Shown here in pieces: positions 9,074-19,001 of a DNA stretch of 64,000 nt. A program made the position numbers and the translations under genes. Location: contig JAILWI010000001.1 of NCBI GenBank assembly GCA_025699005.1, positions 780,908 through 844,907 of the forward strand, read 5' to 3'. The notes below the pieces were generated by a model. The model saw only the letters and a list, made by a program, of their open reading frames with translations. It ran no database searches and was not told the DNA's origin. Numbering within the stretch: position 1 is the stretch's first letter; each line of letters opens with the position of its first letter. Source of the stretch: Chloroflexota bacterium. GTDB lineage: Bacteria > Chloroflexota > Limnocylindria > QHBO01.

Positions 9074-9154
9074 TACCGACCAAGCCATGCGACCGATACC
9101 GTGCGGAGCAGACCCCGACCGGGGGACCGAGCCCGTCGGGAATCGAGGATTGTC

Positions 9155-10792
9155 ATGTCACCGGCCGTCACGGTCACGGGCACCGCTCCCGGACCGCAGG
9201 ACGTCGCCAGCGGAGAGCTCCGAACCAGGGTCCTCCGCGGGATCGCCATCTTCTTCGCCACGGTGATGGCCGTGGTCACCCTGGCGCTGTCCGTGGGCGG
9301 AGTTGCCGATGGCGACCTCTTCCTGCGTCTCGCCATCCTGGCGGTTGCTCTCCCTGCGACGATGTTCCTGCTCGCGCGCGAGATCATCGGCCCGGCCATC
9401 GAGCTCGAGCGCACGACCCAGCAGCTCCGCACCCTCTACTCGCAGGCGCGCCTCGACGCGCTGCTCGACCCGATCACGGGATTGGGCAATCACCGGGCGT
9501 TCCAGGAGGAGCTGCATCGCCAGACCGAGGATGCGAAGCGGCACGGCCACCCACTCGCGCTGGTGATGATCGATCTCGACGACCTCAAGCGCGTCAACGA
9601 TGAGCTGGGTCATGCCGGCGGCGATCTCCTGCTCGCTGCCATGGGCCGGCTCATGTCGACCTCGAGCCGTCCGGGGGACCGTGCCTTCCGGATCGGCGGC
9701 GATGAGTTCGCCCTGATGCTGCCGAGGGCTGCAGCCGATGATGCGCACGCCGTCGTCAGGCGCATCCTGGCGTCCGCCCTCTCAGCCGATTCGACACTCC
9801 AGCGTGCGTTCTCCTTCTCCGCCGGCATCTCGGACTATCCGGCGCTCAGCGCGGATGCCCGTCTCCTCATCCGCAACGCGGACGCTGCCCTGTACTGGGC
9901 AAAGCGGCACGGACGCACCGACGTGCAGATCTTCGATCCTGAGAAGCACGGCGTGGCCGACGACCGGCGGTCGACCGCGGAGCTGGCGGAGGCGGTGGAC
10001 CGGGTCATCGCCGAAGGCCTGCTGACGGCCGTCTACCAGCCGATCCTCGACCTCGAGACCGGCCGTCCCGTCGGGTTCGAGGGACTCGTTCGTCCCACGG
10101 CGGATGCGTCGTTCCGCGATGCCGGATCGCTGTTCGCGGCCGCGGAGGTCGCCCACCGGACCGTCGAGCTCGACCTCTTCGCGATCAGCACGATCGCCGC
10201 GGGGCTGGACGTGGAGCTCGACGGCGCGTACCTCAGCGTGAACCTGTCGCCGCGGACGCTCGAGACCGACCTGTTCCGGGTCTCCAACCTCGTGGAGCAG
10301 CTGGCGCGCTTCGGCCTCGAACCGAGTCAGATGGTTCTCGAGCTCACCGAGCGGGAGGCCATCGAGGACCTCGAGGTGCTCCAGCACAATCTCGCCGCCT
10401 GCCATGCCGAGGGCTTCCGCATCGCTGCCGATGACGTCGGCGCCGGCAATGCGGGCCTGCGCCTGCTCAGTGCGATCAGCTTCGACCTGGTCAAGATCGA
10501 CCTCTCACTCGTCCAGGGTGGCGTGCTGCGCGACTCCGCCGTTGCGGTCCTGCGCGCCATCCAGGGGATCGCGGAGCGGTCGGACGCGATCGTCATCGCC
10601 GAGGGGATCGAGACGGTGGAACAGCTCGAGGTCATCCGCTCGGTGGGGATCGCGCGGGGTCAGGGCTTCCTCCTCGCCCTGCCGGCACCGAACCTCGACC
10701 TCGACGGCCTCGACATCCACGACCTCCTGTCGAGCCATCAGCAGCGACGGCGGACCCTGCTCAATCCGTGGGAGGCGCTCTCCGGCGGCTAG
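9155..10792 (+). CDS. Membrane-anchored diguanylate cyclase/phosphodiesterase (GGDEF-EAL)
   Basis: Two N-terminal TM helices, DPITGLGN, RPGD I-site, intact GGDEF, EAL domain with EGLVR and DDVGAG. Confidence 0.93.
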   Translation: MSPAVTVTGTAPGPQDVASGELRTRVLRGIAIFFATVMAVVTLALSVGGVADGDLFLRLAILAVALPATMFLLAREIIGPAIELERTTQQLRTLYSQARLDALLDPITGLGNHRAFQEELHRQTEDAKRHGHPLALVMIDLDDLKRVNDELGHAGGDLLLAAMGRLMSTSSRPGDRAFRIGGDEFALMLPRAAADDAHAVVRRILASALSADSTLQRAFSFSAGISDYPALSADARLLIRNADAALYWAKRHGRTDVQIFDPEKHGVADDRRSTAELAEAVDRVIAEGLLTAVYQPILDLETGRPVGFEGLVRPTADASFRDAGSLFAAAEVAHRTVELDLFAISTIAAGLDVELDGAYLSVNLSPRTLETDLFRVSNLVEQLARFGLEPSQMVLELTEREAIEDLEVLQHNLAACHAEGFRIAADDVGAGNAGLRLLSAISFDLVKIDLSLVQGGVLRDSAVAVLRAIQGIAERSDAIVIAEGIETVEQLEVIRSVGIARGQGFLLALPAPNLDLDGLDIHDLLSSHQQRRRTLLNPWEALSGG

Positions 10793-10918
10793 CCGCAGTT
10801 CGGTGCACCCCACGCACGTCGGACGAGCGACCACGCCACCCGGCTCGGCGCAGGACGAAGCGCCGCACCCGCTCGTGGCGGATGCGGCGCACGTTCGCGG
10901 CTCGTCGAGCCGTCCCGT

Positions 10919-11419
10919 TCACGACTCGATCGTGCCCAGGATCTGGTACGACTCGAAGAACGGGATCCCGCCGGCCTCACGAAGCCCGACGACATCCGGG
11001 TTGGCGGGGTCCCACAGCGCCTCGACCGTCGCGAAGTTGAGGACCTCGAGCGTCGGTCCGGCGAAGGTCGGGACGCTCGCGTCGTCGACGGCCTCGGACA
11101 GGTACAGCGTGCCGTCGGGGGCGAGCCAGAGCGCGCCATTGACGAGCATCGGGCCGGCGGTCGGGTTTGCGAGCGCCCCGCTGACGCTGATGCCCGGACC
11201 GCTGAACGCGGCGCCTTCCGCAACGGTGATCGTGCCGTCGACATCCGGCGTGACGTCCGGATCGGCCGACGGCGCCTCGGAGGGAGCCTCGGAGGGCGCG
11301 GCCGTCAGTGTGGGAGACGCCGGCGAGGTCGGCTCCGGCGCCGCCTGAACGCCGCATGCGGCGAGGATCATCGTGATCGCGATGGCGCCGATCGCCATTC
11401 GGTATCGGTTCGTGTTCAT
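10919..11419 (-). CDS. Hypothetical lipoprotein
   Basis: Lipobox ILAAC, SEAP-repeat linker, small beta domain; GAAGGAA upstream. Confidence 0.7.
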   Translation of the reverse strand: MNTNRYRMAIGAIAITMILAACGVQAAPEPTSPASPTLTAAPSEAPSEAPSADPDVTPDVDGTITVAEGAAFSGPGISVSGALANPTAGPMLVNGALWLAPDGTLYLSEAVDDASVPTFAGPTLEVLNFATVEALWDPANPDVVGLREAGGIPFFESYQILGTIES

Positions 11420-11638
11420 GTTCCTTCGGGTTCCACCCCTTCGTGCGGCACTCGGATCGGCCGCGATGGAGGGATCATCCGAGGCGGGGGCGTGGAGCAA
11501 ATCGGCCATCCGTCCCGCCGAGCCGTCGGGCAAGCGACGAGCGGTTGGCGGCCGGGCGGCCGGGACATGCGCTGCCGGCATCGGACGCTTGCCTTTGCGG
11601 CGCTGTTATCGTCCCGATCTGTCGCATGAGAACGAGGC

Positions 11639-12034
11639 ATGACCGAACGCACCGACCCGAGGGTCGACGAGTACATTGACGCGCTGCCGGGATGGCAGCA
11701 GGAGATCTGTCGTGCGGTTCGCGACCTCCTCCACGAGGCGGATCCCGAGCTCACCGAGACGATCAAGCGGCGGGTGCAACCGTATTTCGTGCTCGATGGC
11801 AACGTGGCCGCGCTGCTCGCCGCGAAGAGCCACGTCAACGTGTTTCTCTACGACGGAGCCATGGTTCCGGACCCGGAGGGAATCATCACGGGTGGCCACG
11901 ACAACCAGACGGCCCGGACCATCGCGATCCGTGAAGGTGAGTCACTCAACCGCCCCGCGATGCTCGCCATGTTCCGCCAGATCATCGCCAACAACCGCGC
12001 GGGGGGCTGGCGAAAGCTCAAGGGGGTGGACTGA
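11639..12034 (+). CDS. DUF1801 domain protein (YdeI N-terminal-like)
   Basis: DPRVDEYIDALP.WQ..IC..VR.L.HEADP...ETIK. Confidence 0.85.
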   Translation: MTERTDPRVDEYIDALPGWQQEICRAVRDLLHEADPELTETIKRRVQPYFVLDGNVAALLAAKSHVNVFLYDGAMVPDPEGIITGGHDNQTARTIAIREGESLNRPAMLAMFRQIIANNRAGGWRKLKGVD

Positions 12035-12105
12035 GCCCGCCACGATTTTCCTTGCCCGCGGCGGTCGGACGAAGTACGTTCTCGACACGCAGGGAGGAAT
12101 CAGCC

Positions 12106-12300
12106 ATGTCGCGTCTCACAGGAATCCTCGGCGGATTGGGACGGGCGATGAAGCGGGCCTTCCTCGCCATCCGGGCCATCAGCCTGGGCTCGGGCCCTAT
12201 GGTCATCTCCGACCGCGTCGCGATGTTCGGTGACGACCCGGCGAACGATCCCCGCCGGATGGACTTCGACCCGAACCGGCCGGTCCACCGCAAGCGCTGA
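12106..12300 (+). CDS. Small hypothetical protein (64 aa)
   Basis: Strong GGGAGGA RBS ahead of ATG 12106; fills the gap between genes. Confidence 0.55.
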   Translation: MSRLTGILGGLGRAMKRAFLAIRAISLGSGPMVISDRVAMFGDDPANDPRRMDFDPNRPVHRKR

Positions 12301-12306
12301 CCTCGG

Positions 12307-13467
12307 TCAGACGGCCCCGGCCTCCGCAGCCGGCGGACCCTGCGGAACCGTCGGACGCGATCGGCCGCGCCAGGCTCGATAGGCGACCACGGCCAGCGCG
12401 CCGAGGCCGAAGAGCACCACGCCGAGCTTCACGATTCCGCCGATGACCGGCAGTGACGTGGCGATCACCACCACGGCCGCGCCGATGCCGAACAGGATGA
12501 GCTCGCGCCAGCGCGTCCCCATGCCACCGCGGCCGGCGAGCCGCGCGACGAGCAGCGCCACGACGATGTCGCCGCCGAACGCCACGGCCATGCCGAAGAG
12601 GAACGACACGACGCCGATGACGACGATGCCGGTGAGGACCGTCACCGCCGCGATCGACTCGAGGCTGAGCACCCCGAACACGATTCCGAGGATCACGATC
12701 ACGAGCACAGCCACGATGACGAAGGCGATGTAGCCGACGATCGCCGCGAGGCCGCCGCCGAGGGAGAGGAATGGGCGCGTTCGCAGCGCGGACTCCGCCC
12801 CGTTGATGGCTCGCGGGATCAGCCAGATCGCCAGTCCCCCGAGGACGAGCAGCGTTACGAAGTGGCCGACGGCGTTGTCGAGCGGCTCGGTGGCGCTGGG
12901 CTCGTCGTCGTCATCGGCCTCGCCGATGAACACGTTCTCGGTGCCGCCCACCGTGCCGGTGCGCTCGTAGGCGCCGCCGCTGGCCTCGATGCTGCCGTTC
13001 ACGGCCCCGGCCATCCGGACGTCGCCGCCCGTGACGATGAGGTCGCCGTCGATCGTGCCGGTGCTGGCGATCGTGATCTGGCCACCGGCCGCCAGGGTGT
13101 CCTCGATCACGTCGCCGGAGATGCTGATCTGGCCGCCCGCCGTCCGCAGGTCACCTTCGACGCTGCCCACGATCGAGATCATGCCGCCGGCCGCCAGCAC
13201 GTCCCCGGTCACGGTGCCGTTCACGGCCACCTGCCCGCCGGTCGCGGTGAGGTCGCCGTCGACCGTGCCATCCATCGTCACCGTCCCGGCGGCGAGGTAG
13301 AGGTCCCCGTCGATCGTCTCGTCAGCGGGCACCAGCACGGTCTCCCCGACGCGGAGCTTGCCGTCGAGCGCCGTGTCCTGCGCGAGCGCCACGGACGCCG
13401 CCGCGCCGATGAGCAGGAGCGCGGCGATGATGCCGGCCGCGCGCGTCAGGTGGAGTCGTCGGGCCAT
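12307..13467 (-). CDS. Bactofilin-like (polymer-forming beta-helix) membrane protein
   Basis: Signal peptide, repeated G.V.GD...AGG units, then about 5 TM helices. Confidence 0.8.
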   Translation of the reverse strand: MARRLHLTRAAGIIAALLLIGAAASVALAQDTALDGKLRVGETVLVPADETIDGDLYLAAGTVTMDGTVDGDLTATGGQVAVNGTVTGDVLAAGGMISIVGSVEGDLRTAGGQISISGDVIEDTLAAGGQITIASTGTIDGDLIVTGGDVRMAGAVNGSIEASGGAYERTGTVGGTENVFIGEADDDDEPSATEPLDNAVGHFVTLLVLGGLAIWLIPRAINGAESALRTRPFLSLGGGLAAIVGYIAFVIVAVLVIVILGIVFGVLSLESIAAVTVLTGIVVIGVVSFLFGMAVAFGGDIVVALLVARLAGRGGMGTRWRELILFGIGAAVVVIATSLPVIGGIVKLGVVLFGLGALAVVAYRAWRGRSRPTVPQGPPAAEAGAV

Positions 13468-13545
13468 GCGAACCAGCCTAGCCGGTCCGTCCAGCCTGCG
13501 GAGAATGGACTGCCGGCGCATCGCTCGGGGGCCTACGCTGGCGCC

Positions 13546-13947
13546 ATGACCGCACGACTGGACGCCATCGGCATCATCGTGGCCGATATGACCCGGGCGC
13601 TTGCCTTCTACCGTCGGCTGGGCCTCGACGTACCCGCGGAGGCCGATGACGAGGGCCACGCCGAGGCCGTCCTGCCCGGCGGACTGCGGCTCATGTGGGA
13701 CACCGAGGCGAGCGTGGCCGGCTTCGATCCTGACTGGACCCCGCCGACCGGCGGACCGCGATCCAGCCTGGCCTTCCTGTGCGCCGATGCCTCCGAGGTC
13801 GACCGTCTCTTCGCCGACCTCACCGCGAACGGCGGGACGGGGCAGCGCGAGCCGTGGGACGCCTCCTGGGGCCAGCGCTACGCGACCGTCCACGATCCGG
13901 ATGGAAATGCGATCGACCTGTTCGCTCCGCTGGGAGATGCCGCCTGA
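13546..13947 (+). CDS. VOC/glyoxalase family protein
   Basis: IGIIVADM.RALAFYRRLGL ... PWDASWGQRYATVHDPDGN. Confidence 0.9.
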   Translation: MTARLDAIGIIVADMTRALAFYRRLGLDVPAEADDEGHAEAVLPGGLRLMWDTEASVAGFDPDWTPPTGGPRSSLAFLCADASEVDRLFADLTANGGTGQREPWDASWGQRYATVHDPDGNAIDLFAPLGDAA

Positions 13948-14148
13948 CCTTCGACGCGCGCTTTCCTATCAGGTGATCATCGAGGGAACGGTAACGGTGG
14001 TCGCCGCCGTCGCCGCCACGGCTCCGAGCGTGGCTTGTCGATCATCTGCTCACCAGGCGCGCATCTGACACGGTTTGCGACTCGAAACCGACGCTAGCGC
14101 TCCGTGGGTGAGCCGGTGACAGGATCGGGGCGCGGCAACGCGACGTGC

Positions 14149-15069
14149 CTAGGCCCCGTCCACCGCCAGGGACGAGGGGGATGGCTCAGCCCGGCGATCG
14201 ACCCACCATCCGACGGCGACGGCGCCCACGAGCAGGAACCAGCCGACGATGCCAAGAATCCGGGGAAGGTCGAAGGCGAGCCACGACCAGCGCGGATCGA
14301 AGGGGTCGATCATCGAGGTCAGCACGACGGCCCACCGCCCCCAGCCGTCAGCCACCAGGATCAGCACCGCCCCGACGGCGATGGCCACCTCGCGGAGGTG
14401 CAGGCGAAGCGGCCGATACCCCAGGGCCGCGAACGCGACGAAGGCAAGTGCCAGCGGCACCAGGGTCGCGGCGATCGACCACGCGGCTCCGGCGGCGACC
14501 ATCACCGCGTCAAGCGTGTTCAGCGAGATCGCCACGGCATACGCCACCTCGGCCGCGCCGGAGACGAACGCCAGGGCGCCGATCGCCACGACAACCCGAC
14601 GACTCGTCGTCCACCTCCCCGCCGGTGGGGCCTCAGCGGCGCGCGAGCACCACAGGCCCATTCCGAAGCACGCGAGACCGGCAGCGAGGCTCCCCGCCTC
14701 GAGCAGCGCGCGGGAGAACAGCAGGGGATTCAGCCCGGCGTCGATCCGGCTCGTGTCGCCGAGCATCCAGGCCAGGTACCACTGAGAGGACGCCTGAAGC
14801 AGCGCGGCAGCGACCAGCAGGACGACGGCGCGACGCATCCAGTGCCGCCCGGCGGCCCACCGGTCGGCCCCGAGCACGAGAGCGGTCGCGAGTCCGAACA
14901 GGGCAACGGTTCGCAGGGCATCGGGGACCCATTGCGGGGCGTAGGCACCGGGCTCGATCTGCGACCGCAGCAGCGGGTACACGACGAGATGGGCGGCTGC
15001 CAGTCCGATCAGGCCCCATGCCAGCGGTGGAATTCCACCCGATTCCTGCGTGGTCCGGTCGCTCGGCAT
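14149..15069 (-). CDS. Multi-pass membrane hypothetical protein
   Basis: Roughly 8 hydrophobic segments; GGGAGGGAAG upstream of ATG 15069. Confidence 0.6.
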   Translation of the reverse strand: MPSDRTTQESGGIPPLAWGLIGLAAAHLVVYPLLRSQIEPGAYAPQWVPDALRTVALFGLATALVLGADRWAAGRHWMRRAVVLLVAAALLQASSQWYLAWMLGDTSRIDAGLNPLLFSRALLEAGSLAAGLACFGMGLWCSRAAEAPPAGRWTTSRRVVVAIGALAFVSGAAEVAYAVAISLNTLDAVMVAAGAAWSIAATLVPLALAFVAFAALGYRPLRLHLREVAIAVGAVLILVADGWGRWAVVLTSMIDPFDPRWSWLAFDLPRILGIVGWFLLVGAVAVGWWVDRRAEPSPSSLAVDGA

Positions 15070-15195
15070 CGGCTTCCCTCCCTTTGGCACCATCGGCGCA
15101 CGCGCATCGTCGATTGTGGCGGCCCCGGCGTCAATGGGAATCGCGCGCCCGAAAGCCGAGCACGTTCGGCGCGGAGCGTGCAGAGTGAGGGTGCC

Positions 15196-16866
15196 GTGGA
15201 GGAAGAGAAGACACCGGACCAGGTCGCCGATCCCGTCGAGCGCCTGGCCGATGCCCTGCGCACCCGCGTCGCGAGCGCACCGGGGGACGAACGTGCCGCG
15301 CGTGCCGATGCGCTGCGTCGTCACGTCGAGCTGTACGTCCTGCCCCGTGCCGCGAACCTCGACGCGCCGCTGCTCGTCGTGATCCTGGGCTCGACGGGGA
15401 GCGGCAAGTCGAGCCTCCTGAACGCGCTCGCCGGCGCTCGTCTCAGCCCGGCCGGGGTCCTGCGGCCGACGACGCGGCAGCCGATTGCCATCGCGCATCC
15501 CGACGAGCTACGCGGCGCCATCGGCGCGATCGCTCGCAAGGCGGGCTGGGAGGTTCGGATCCACCCGCAGGCGCGCCGCGGCATGGTGATCGTCGACGCC
15601 CCCGATTTCGACAGCATCGAGGCCGACAACCGCGAGCGTGCCCTCGGTCTGCTCGAGATCGCCGACCTCGTGATCTTCCTGACGACCGCCACGCGTTACG
15701 CCGACCAAGTCCCGTGGGAGGTCCTTTCGCGAGCTCGCGCCCGGGGCGTGCCGCTGCTGGCGGTCCTGAACCGGCTGCCGCCGGAAGCCGAGGACGCCGA
15801 TGCGGTCGTCGCCGACTACCGCGCCCTGCTCGAGCGGGGCAAGCTCGGCGAGAACCTCGAGCTCGTGGCCATCGGGGAGGGAGCGGTGCATCCCGAGCAC
15901 GACGCTCTCGGCGCCGATGCGATCGCCGGCGTTCGCGACGTGCTCGACAGGCTGGTAGCCTCGCGCGAAGAGCGCCGCGAGCTCGCGCGCCGCGGGCTGT
16001 CGAACGCCCTCGAGGGGATCCCGAACGCGATCGAGGCGATCGCCGCCCAGGTCGACGAGGAGCAGGAGGCGGTCGTGGCGCTGCGACGCGCTGCCGAGCA
16101 GTCGTATGCGCAAGCTCGGCGATCCCTCCGCGAGGACGTCGCCGCGGGCACGTTCCTGCGGGCGGAGGTGCTGCGGCAGTGGCAGGACTTCATCGGCGCG
16201 GGACAGATCGCGCGGTTCCTGGCGGACGGCATCGGCAAGGTGCGCGCCACGATCAGCAGTCTCATCCGTCCGACGCCCGAGGCGCCCGCCACCGAGGTCC
16301 GTGCGGCGGCCTTCGCCGACCTCACCGCGCTGGCGGTCCAGCACGCCGACACCGCCGCGCAGCGAACGGCGGCGCAGTGGGCCGAGGACCGTTACGGAGC
16401 GCTGGCCCTCGAGGCGGACGCGCGGCTGTGGCGAGCGTCGCCCGACATGTCGGCTCGACTCTCGGCCGATCTCGAGGCGTGGGGTCGGATGATCGGGGAG
16501 CGCATCCGGACGATGGGCTCGCGCCGCAAGGGCTTCGCGAAGGTCGCGAGCGTGGGAGTCAACGCCGTCGGAACGAGCGCCGTGCTCGCCGTGTTCGTGA
16601 GCACCGGCGGCCTGACGGGCACGGAGCTCGGCATCACCGCCGCGACGGCCGTGCTGAACCAGAAGCTGCTCGAGGCGATCTTCGGCGAGGCGAACGTCGC
16701 GGCCTTCGTCAGTCGGGCTCGCAAGGACCTCGAGTCGTTGCTCGATGCCGAGTACACGCGCGAGCTCGGTCGCTTCGCGGCGGCGCTCGGCAGCGCCGGC
16801 AACCCCACCCTCGCCGGGGAGCTGCGCGAGGCGGCGCGAGACGTCAGCCGGATGGTGCCATCGTGA
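15196..16866 (+). CDS. Dynamin-like GTPase, gene 1 of a tandem pair
   Basis: G1 GSTGSGKSS, RPTT, G3 DAPD, G4 LNRL, long helical stalk and a hydrophobic paddle VGVNAVG..TGGLTGTELG. GTG start inferred. Confidence 0.82.
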   Translation: MEEEKTPDQVADPVERLADALRTRVASAPGDERAARADALRRHVELYVLPRAANLDAPLLVVILGSTGSGKSSLLNALAGARLSPAGVLRPTTRQPIAIAHPDELRGAIGAIARKAGWEVRIHPQARRGMVIVDAPDFDSIEADNRERALGLLEIADLVIFLTTATRYADQVPWEVLSRARARGVPLLAVLNRLPPEAEDADAVVADYRALLERGKLGENLELVAIGEGAVHPEHDALGADAIAGVRDVLDRLVASREERRELARRGLSNALEGIPNAIEAIAAQVDEEQEAVVALRRAAEQSYAQARRSLREDVAAGTFLRAEVLRQWQDFIGAGQIARFLADGIGKVRATISSLIRPTPEAPATEVRAAAFADLTALAVQHADTAAQRTAAQWAEDRYGALALEADARLWRASPDMSARLSADLEAWGRMIGERIRTMGSRRKGFAKVASVGVNAVGTSAVLAVFVSTGGLTGTELGITAATAVLNQKLLEAIFGEANVAAFVSRARKDLESLLDAEYTRELGRFAAALGSAGNPTLAGELREAARDVSRMVPS

Positions 16867-18455
16867 GCGAGGGAGGCCCGCTCGACGAGCGCCTCGCCAG
16901 GCTGCGGGACGCGGTCGAGGCGGCGCGTTCGATCGGCCTCGAGCCGGAGGCGGCCGCCGCCCGAACGGTGACGCGCCGTGTCGGCCGTCGCGCGGGATTC
17001 GGCGGGGAGCTGTACGTCATGGCCCTCGCCGGCGGCACCGGGGTCGGAAAGTCGTCGGTGCTCAACGCCCTCGCGGGAGAGACGGTGAGCGAGGTCCGTG
17101 CCGTGCGTCCCACGACGGATCGGCCGCTGGCCTGGGTCGGGGGCACGCGTCGTGACGAGGTCGCTCCACTCCTCGAGTGGCTCAAGGTCGAGCAGGTGGT
17201 GACCCACGACCGGCCCGATCTCGGGGACATCGCCGTGCTCGACCTGCCCGACATCGACTCGGTTCGCGGCGAGCACCGCGCGCTCGTCGACACGCTCCTG
17301 CCGCGGATCGATGCCGTGACCTGGATCGTCGATCCGGAGAAGTACGACGACGAGCGCGTGCACGCCTACTGGCGGACCCTCGCCCTCCACGCCGATCGGC
17401 TCCGCTTCGTCCTCAACAAGTCGGATCGCCTGACCGAGGAGGAGGCGCACCTGGTCGCCGATGACCTCCGCGCCCGCCTGGTCGCCGATGGCATCCCGCG
17501 GCCGGCCCTCCACGTCGTGTCCGCGATTCGGGGCGACGGGATCGATCGGCTGCGGTCCGACCTCGCCGAGGCGGCGCACGCCAAGGTCATCGTGTCGGCC
17601 AAGCTCGAGGCCGACCGCGCCGAGGCGGCGAAGGAGCTCGCCGCGTCGGTCGGGATCGAGCCCGAGGACGGCTATCAGCCGCTCCTTCGCCATGACCGTC
17701 GCGAGGCGCTCGTGCGCGAGGCGATCGCCGGCGCGATGACGCTCGTCGACCCCGACGGCGTCGGACGTCAGGTCCGGGCGCAGGTGCTGCATCGCGCGCG
17801 CATGGGGGGCGGCTCGTTCGTGGGGAGGGTCACCCAGCTCGGCTGGCGGCTCATCGGGGGGCAACGCCGCAACGCCGATCCCTCGGCGTATCTCCTCGCC
17901 TGGCGTACGCGCGGCGCGCTGGGACGCGTCCTCAACCCGGTCCGCGCCGCCCTCGTGGAGGCCGCGGCCGCCGTGCCAGCCGAGAGCCGGGGCCGGATCC
18001 TCGATGCGCTCGGCGCCCCCTCCGCGGAGCGCGATCTCGACGCGGTGCTCGATCGGGCCACCCAGGCCGAGGCATCGGGTCTCGAGCCTCCCGAGTCGCT
18101 GGTCTGGCCGGTGCTCGGCGCCGCGCAGGTCGTCGCGGGCGCGCTGGTCCTGTTCGCCGTCGCCTGGCTGGTCACGCTGTTCGTGGCCGGCGGCAGCATC
18201 CCGGTCGACTCGGTCGGGGTCCCGATCCTCGGTCCGATCCCGATGCCGCTGGCCGTTCTCGTCGGCGGGCTCCTGCTCGGCGCCCTGCTGACGTGGCTGC
18301 TCCAGCTGCACGCCGGGTACGTCGGGCGATCGATGGCACGCGAGATCGAGGAGCGGACCGCGGACACGGTGCGGGCGGCGGTCGTCACCGATGGCCTCGC
18401 CGGCCTCGAGCGCGTCGAAGCGGCGCGCCGGACGATCGCCGCCGCCCTCGACTAG
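16863..18455 (+). CDS. Dynamin-like GTPase, gene 2 of a tandem pair, with C-terminal TM hairpin
   Basis: GGTGVGKSS, RPTT, DLPD, DPEKY, LNKSD, two C-terminal TM helices; GTGA overlap with gene 1. Confidence 0.82.
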   Translation: MSEGGPLDERLARLRDAVEAARSIGLEPEAAAARTVTRRVGRRAGFGGELYVMALAGGTGVGKSSVLNALAGETVSEVRAVRPTTDRPLAWVGGTRRDEVAPLLEWLKVEQVVTHDRPDLGDIAVLDLPDIDSVRGEHRALVDTLLPRIDAVTWIVDPEKYDDERVHAYWRTLALHADRLRFVLNKSDRLTEEEAHLVADDLRARLVADGIPRPALHVVSAIRGDGIDRLRSDLAEAAHAKVIVSAKLEADRAEAAKELAASVGIEPEDGYQPLLRHDRREALVREAIAGAMTLVDPDGVGRQVRAQVLHRARMGGGSFVGRVTQLGWRLIGGQRRNADPSAYLLAWRTRGALGRVLNPVRAALVEAAAAVPAESRGRILDALGAPSAERDLDAVLDRATQAEASGLEPPESLVWPVLGAAQVVAGALVLFAVAWLVTLFVAGGSIPVDSVGVPILGPIPMPLAVLVGGLLLGALLTWLLQLHAGYVGRSMAREIEERTADTVRAAVVTDGLAGLERVEAARRTIAAALD

Positions 18456-18482
18456 CGCATCGGCCCGCGAGAGACAGCAAGA

Positions 18483-18512
18483 ACGGCGGCCGTCCCGGGG
18501 GACGACCGCCGT
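18483..18512 (-). terminator. Intrinsic terminator-like hairpin
   Basis: ACGGCGGCCGTCC / GGACGACCGCCGT stem (one G-U on the minus strand), followed on the minus strand by TCTTGCTGTCTCT; lies between convergent genes. Confidence 0.6.
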
Positions 18513-18528
18513 GAGAGTCGGACGCTGG

Positions 18529-18927
18529 TCAGATGCCGGGCTCGTTCCGGTCGGTCCCGACCGTGCCGTCCTCGTCGACCATGCCGGAATGGCCCGATGC
18601 GGCGTCGCCGCGGGTCATCGGGGCGTCGGCGGTGGCGGTGCCGGTGGTCGCGGGCTCGGCGACCGAGCCTCGGCCGAGGGCCGCATCGGCATCGGCATCG
18701 GTGTCGGAGGCCGCATAGTCGGGCCCGGCCGGCCGATTGTCGACGTCGTCGCGCATCGTGGAGCCAGGCGTGGAGACGACCTCCTCGTGGGCATCTCCCG
18801 CGTGGTCGTGCCCGGCGTGATCCGAATGATCGGCGTGATCCGAGTGATCGGTGTGATCGTCGTGGCCGCCCATTCCGAGCGCGTTCTTGACCTTGTCGAT
18901 GATCGATTCGTTCTCGTGGTGCGTCAT
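18529..18927 (-). CDS. Acidic, His/Asp-repeat, probably disordered small protein
   Basis: IIDKVKNALGMGG then HDDHTDHSDHADHSDHAGHDHAGDAHEE; GGGGAG RBS. Confidence 0.65.
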   Translation of the reverse strand: MTHHENESIIDKVKNALGMGGHDDHTDHSDHADHSDHAGHDHAGDAHEEVVSTPGSTMRDDVDNRPAGPDYAASDTDADADAALGRGSVAEPATTGTATADAPMTRGDAASGHSGMVDEDGTVGTDRNEPGI

Positions 18928-19001
18928 GGATCGGTTCTCCCCGTGTGAAGCAGTGGTCACCCGACCCCATGCACATCTCGGGCCGCGACCCGCAGCCACG
19001 C

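Noticed and set aside
8978-9154. c-di-GMP riboswitch between the surface-protein gene and the GGDEF-EAL gene
   Set aside because: Lacks the class I consensus elements I would expect (GCAAAC..GAAA..GACGCAAAG), and the conserved motif lies upstream of the predicted -10, favouring a DNA site.
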